NCBI GenBank assembly: GCA_024225875.1 | Contig: JAAEMD010000568.1 | Location: 1 to 37,209, forward strand | Length of the DNA: 37,209 nucleotides | Direction of reading: 5' to 3' | From: a bacterium | GTDB taxonomy: Bacteria; Margulisbacteria; Marinamargulisbacteria; JAAEMD01 | Part shown: in pieces, positions 35,018 through 37,209 of the stretch | Layout of the letters: each line of letters begins with the position of its first letter | Numbering within the stretch: the first letter of the stretch is position 1 | Notes under the pieces: model-generated | Told to the model about the DNA's origin: nothing | Databases searched by the model: none | What the model saw: only the letters and a program-made list of their open reading frames with translations | Position numbers and translations under genes: made by a program

Positions 35018-36706
35018 ATGAAAAAGCTGTATTTAGGAAAAATTGACAGGGCATATAATAAAAGCAGGGATATCCCTTTCTGGGCAGGTTGTTTTCCAGG
35101 TACGGATGATTACAGTTATGACGAATCTGTATTGATGTCATATATTAATTCAGGCAGAAAATACACAAAAAAGAACCAGCTGTTAGTTGAAAATATAGCG
35201 AGATACTATTTTTTGCCAAAGCTGGCTATAGAGCTTAACTGCTTACATAATGTGAATTATTCCTGTAAATTCTGGGAGCCGGTGCTTTTTAACTGGCTGT
35301 ATTTAGTAACTGCCTGTGCCTGGATGCATTTTCTTAATGTCAGGGAATTTACGGCATCTCATAAGGATGAGTGTTTTGAAGTTTATGTCTTTAATAAAAA
35401 ACAGGAATGGCGTTTTGTGGATACTTTTGATTTTTATCAAAGAGGTATGTCAAGCAGTCTATTCCACCACTGGCTTTTAACCAGGATTACTGACAGGGAG
35501 ATGCCGGCATCCTGGAAAAGGAAAGCGCAGGAGTTTGATATAGCACCGGCAATACAGGATGAGAGTATAAAAGATTATAGAAGCAGAAGGTGTATTGGTA
35601 TTAAGGGGCTGGGAGATACAGGACAAATTATACTTTCTATTATCCTGGCCCTTAAACCTGCAGGAAAAACTGATGAAGATAATTTTATTTGCCCTGTTCT
35701 GGAGCAGCCGGATGAAAATCTTTTGAAAACAATGCCGGAATCTTTTATTTCTATCATTGAGGAAATTATCAGAGAGACCATGCCCTTATCTTTTAATGAG
35801 TATTTTTATCGCTATAATAAAAGAGCAAAAAGTAAAAGATATACTAAAGGAAAAATAAGATTAACTGGCCCTGTAAATCATTTTCATGAACAGATGAAGT
35901 ATTATCTTGGGCATGCTCTTATGCATGGTGAAAAAGTTATTTGTACCCAGCATGGTGGTGCGTATGGACAACTACAGTCTCTGGTGGGAGCGATTTTAGA
36001 ATATAATTACTATGGTTTTTTTTCCTGGGGCTGGAAAAAACATGATCAATATAAGGGTAGAATTTATGATCTGCCTTCTCCTTTTCTACAAAAATTTTCG
36101 GATAGACATAAATTTAAAGATAATAAACTGATATTTGTTAGTGGTGACATAAACCCGTTACATTCAACTGTATTTCAGAGCGGCCCTGTTAATGAGGAAC
36201 TGTTTTTATATGGAAAAGAGAAAAAGAGATTTATTTCATTATTAGATAAGAATATTTTAAAACAGGTATTATTCAGGCCATACCCACACACTACAGGATC
36301 ATTAAATGAGCTGCAATACATTAAAAAAACCTATAAAGATATTGCTGTTTGTGAAGGAGATCTTAATTCAAAAATACTGAAGAGCCGGCTGGTTGTGATT
36401 GATCAGCCTATGACAACGCTGCTGATTGTTATATCTGCCAATATCCCTTTTATCGGGTTCTGGGATAAGTCTTTATGGAAAATGTGCCAGCAGGCAGAGC
36501 CCTTGTTTGAGGAACTTGAAAAAGCTGGTGTTATTTTTGGTAATGCTGCTGCTGCTGCTGATAAAGTTAATGAGATTTGGCCCGGGATAGAAAAATGGTG
36601 GCAGCAGTCCGATATTCAGGCTATACGTAAAGAATGGTGTTTCAGGTTTGCCAGGAAAAAAAAGCACTGGTGGAAGGAATGGTTATCGATTTTATGGAAG
36701 ATATAA
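35018..36706 (+). CDS. Hypothetical Trp-rich protein, possibly LIC12162-type putative transferase
   Basis: This is a 562-aa ORF divergent from recJ. The N-terminal DIPFWAGCF and LAIELNCLHNVNYSCKFWEPVLFNWL resemble my recollection of the LIC12162 family (TIGR-type O-antigen-region transferase). This is unverified. Confidence 0.35.
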   Translation: MKKLYLGKIDRAYNKSRDIPFWAGCFPGTDDYSYDESVLMSYINSGRKYTKKNQLLVENIARYYFLPKLAIELNCLHNVNYSCKFWEPVLFNWLYLVTACAWMHFLNVREFTASHKDECFEVYVFNKKQEWRFVDTFDFYQRGMSSSLFHHWLLTRITDREMPASWKRKAQEFDIAPAIQDESIKDYRSRRCIGIKGLGDTGQIILSIILALKPAGKTDEDNFICPVLEQPDENLLKTMPESFISIIEEIIRETMPLSFNEYFYRYNKRAKSKRYTKGKIRLTGPVNHFHEQMKYYLGHALMHGEKVICTQHGGAYGQLQSLVGAILEYNYYGFFSWGWKKHDQYKGRIYDLPSPFLQKFSDRHKFKDNKLIFVSGDINPLHSTVFQSGPVNEELFLYGKEKKRFISLLDKNILKQVLFRPYPHTTGSLNELQYIKKTYKDIAVCEGDLNSKILKSRLVVIDQPMTTLLIVISANIPFIGFWDKSLWKMCQQAEPLFEELEKAGVIFGNAAAAADKVNEIWPGIEKWWQQSDIQAIRKEWCFRFARKKKHWWKEWLSILWKI

Positions 36707-36737
36707 AAGTTTTTGTTAACTTATGAACTCTCTTTTT

Positions 36738-36755
36738 AAGGGAGCGCCCCTTTTA
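36738..36755 (+). terminator. Weak terminator-like hairpin after the 562-aa gene
   Basis: AAGGG-AGCGC-CCCTT is followed by T-rich sequence. It begins about 30 nt after the stop at 36706. Confidence 0.3.
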
Positions 36756-36781
36756 CCTTTATTTCCTTTTTTATTGTTTTT

Positions 36782-36991
36782 CTGGCTAAATCACCCTGTT
36801 TTGTGACAACGCCAACATATATTTTACCTTCCGGAATGAATTCTTTTGATCAAGCAGCATTCAAAAAGCACTACTAGACATTTTCATCTCAATTAAAAGA
36901 AGATGAAACAGTTGTATTTATGGATGGCATTCATCCTGCACATAATTTAGAAACAGTAACAGCCTGGATTAAGGAATCTTTGGATCTTTAG
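36782..36991 (+). pseudogene. Probable DDE-transposase gene remnant (IS630/Tc1-like?), interrupted
   Basis: The frame reads ...MNSFDQAAFKKHY*TFSSQLKEDETVVFMDGIHPAHNLETVTAWIKES..*, with an in-frame TAG at 36875-36877. It has no start and no N-terminal domain. The hydrophobic-hydrophobic-F-x-D-x-x-H block resembles the first catalytic Asp region of DDE transposases. Family assignment is uncertain. Confidence 0.3.
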
Positions 36992-37209
36992 CAGACTGAC
37001 CGGATTTATTTTTAATGGAGCCTGGATCTATTAAATAAGCTTTATTAAAGCAGATTCGTGCTTTTTTTAGGTCACGTCAAGAAAAGAGTGTAATTTAGCC
37101 ATCATAAACAAAACTTAAGCCGCCTTTTTTTCTATCTGATTAGCCAAAAACAAATGAAGTCTATCGGGCTTTATGTAAGCTTTACCAGAAGCCCAATCAG
37201 CCTGATACT

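Noticed and set aside
33327-35141. Short ORFs lie on both strands within and around recJ, including 34938-35141.
   Set aside because: They are embedded in or antisense to recJ and the 562-aa gene, and they have no motifs.
37115-37209. A minus-strand ORF end (31 codons) enters from the right edge.
   Set aside because: It is too short to identify or to assert as a gene. It is mentioned only under the IS-debris finding.

Overview
This is an AT-rich bacterial chromosome segment. It uses the standard genetic code, carries dense long ORFs, and has AGGAG-type ribosome-binding sites before many genes. Most of it is housekeeping: ftsK, hom, an OmpR-family response regulator with its histidine kinase, nadC, a family-4 uracil-DNA glycosylase, an M15 peptidase, a xerC/D-type recombinase, rsmH, an lptA-like gene, a TrxB-like flavoprotein, purQ plus a fused double purS, a GT2 glycosyltransferase, an RluB-type pseudouridine synthase, a UPF0182 membrane protein, an FmdB zinc ribbon, recJ, and two tRNAs (Val-GAC and a CAT-anticodon Met/Ile2). 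The LptA/LptC-like genes and a small beta-barrel-like protein ending in Phe suggest a diderm organism, and a 16-repeat ankyrin protein hints at a host-associated lifestyle. No CRISPR array, rRNA or intact mobile element was seen. There are five accessory pockets. (1) nt 1-3787 holds a surface/tail-fibre-like fragment and a secreted lipase operon. (2) nt 4066-6103, next to tRNA-Val, holds a Tlde1/YkuD-like toxin translationally coupled to a 4-TM putative immunity gene, followed by an unusual pair of inverted palindromic hairpins. (3) nt 20143-22315 holds an orphan 592-aa protein made of an internal tandem duplication, with an RNxxxH (HEPN-type) motif in one copy and a 394-bp repeat-bearing leader upstream. 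This is my best candidate for an undescribed stand-alone system. (4) nt 35018-37209 holds a Trp-rich orphan protein followed by transposase debris. (5) The TrxB-like enzyme has lost the canonical CxxC. All functional calls come from motif recognition by eye. No searches were run, and compositional statements are not computed.
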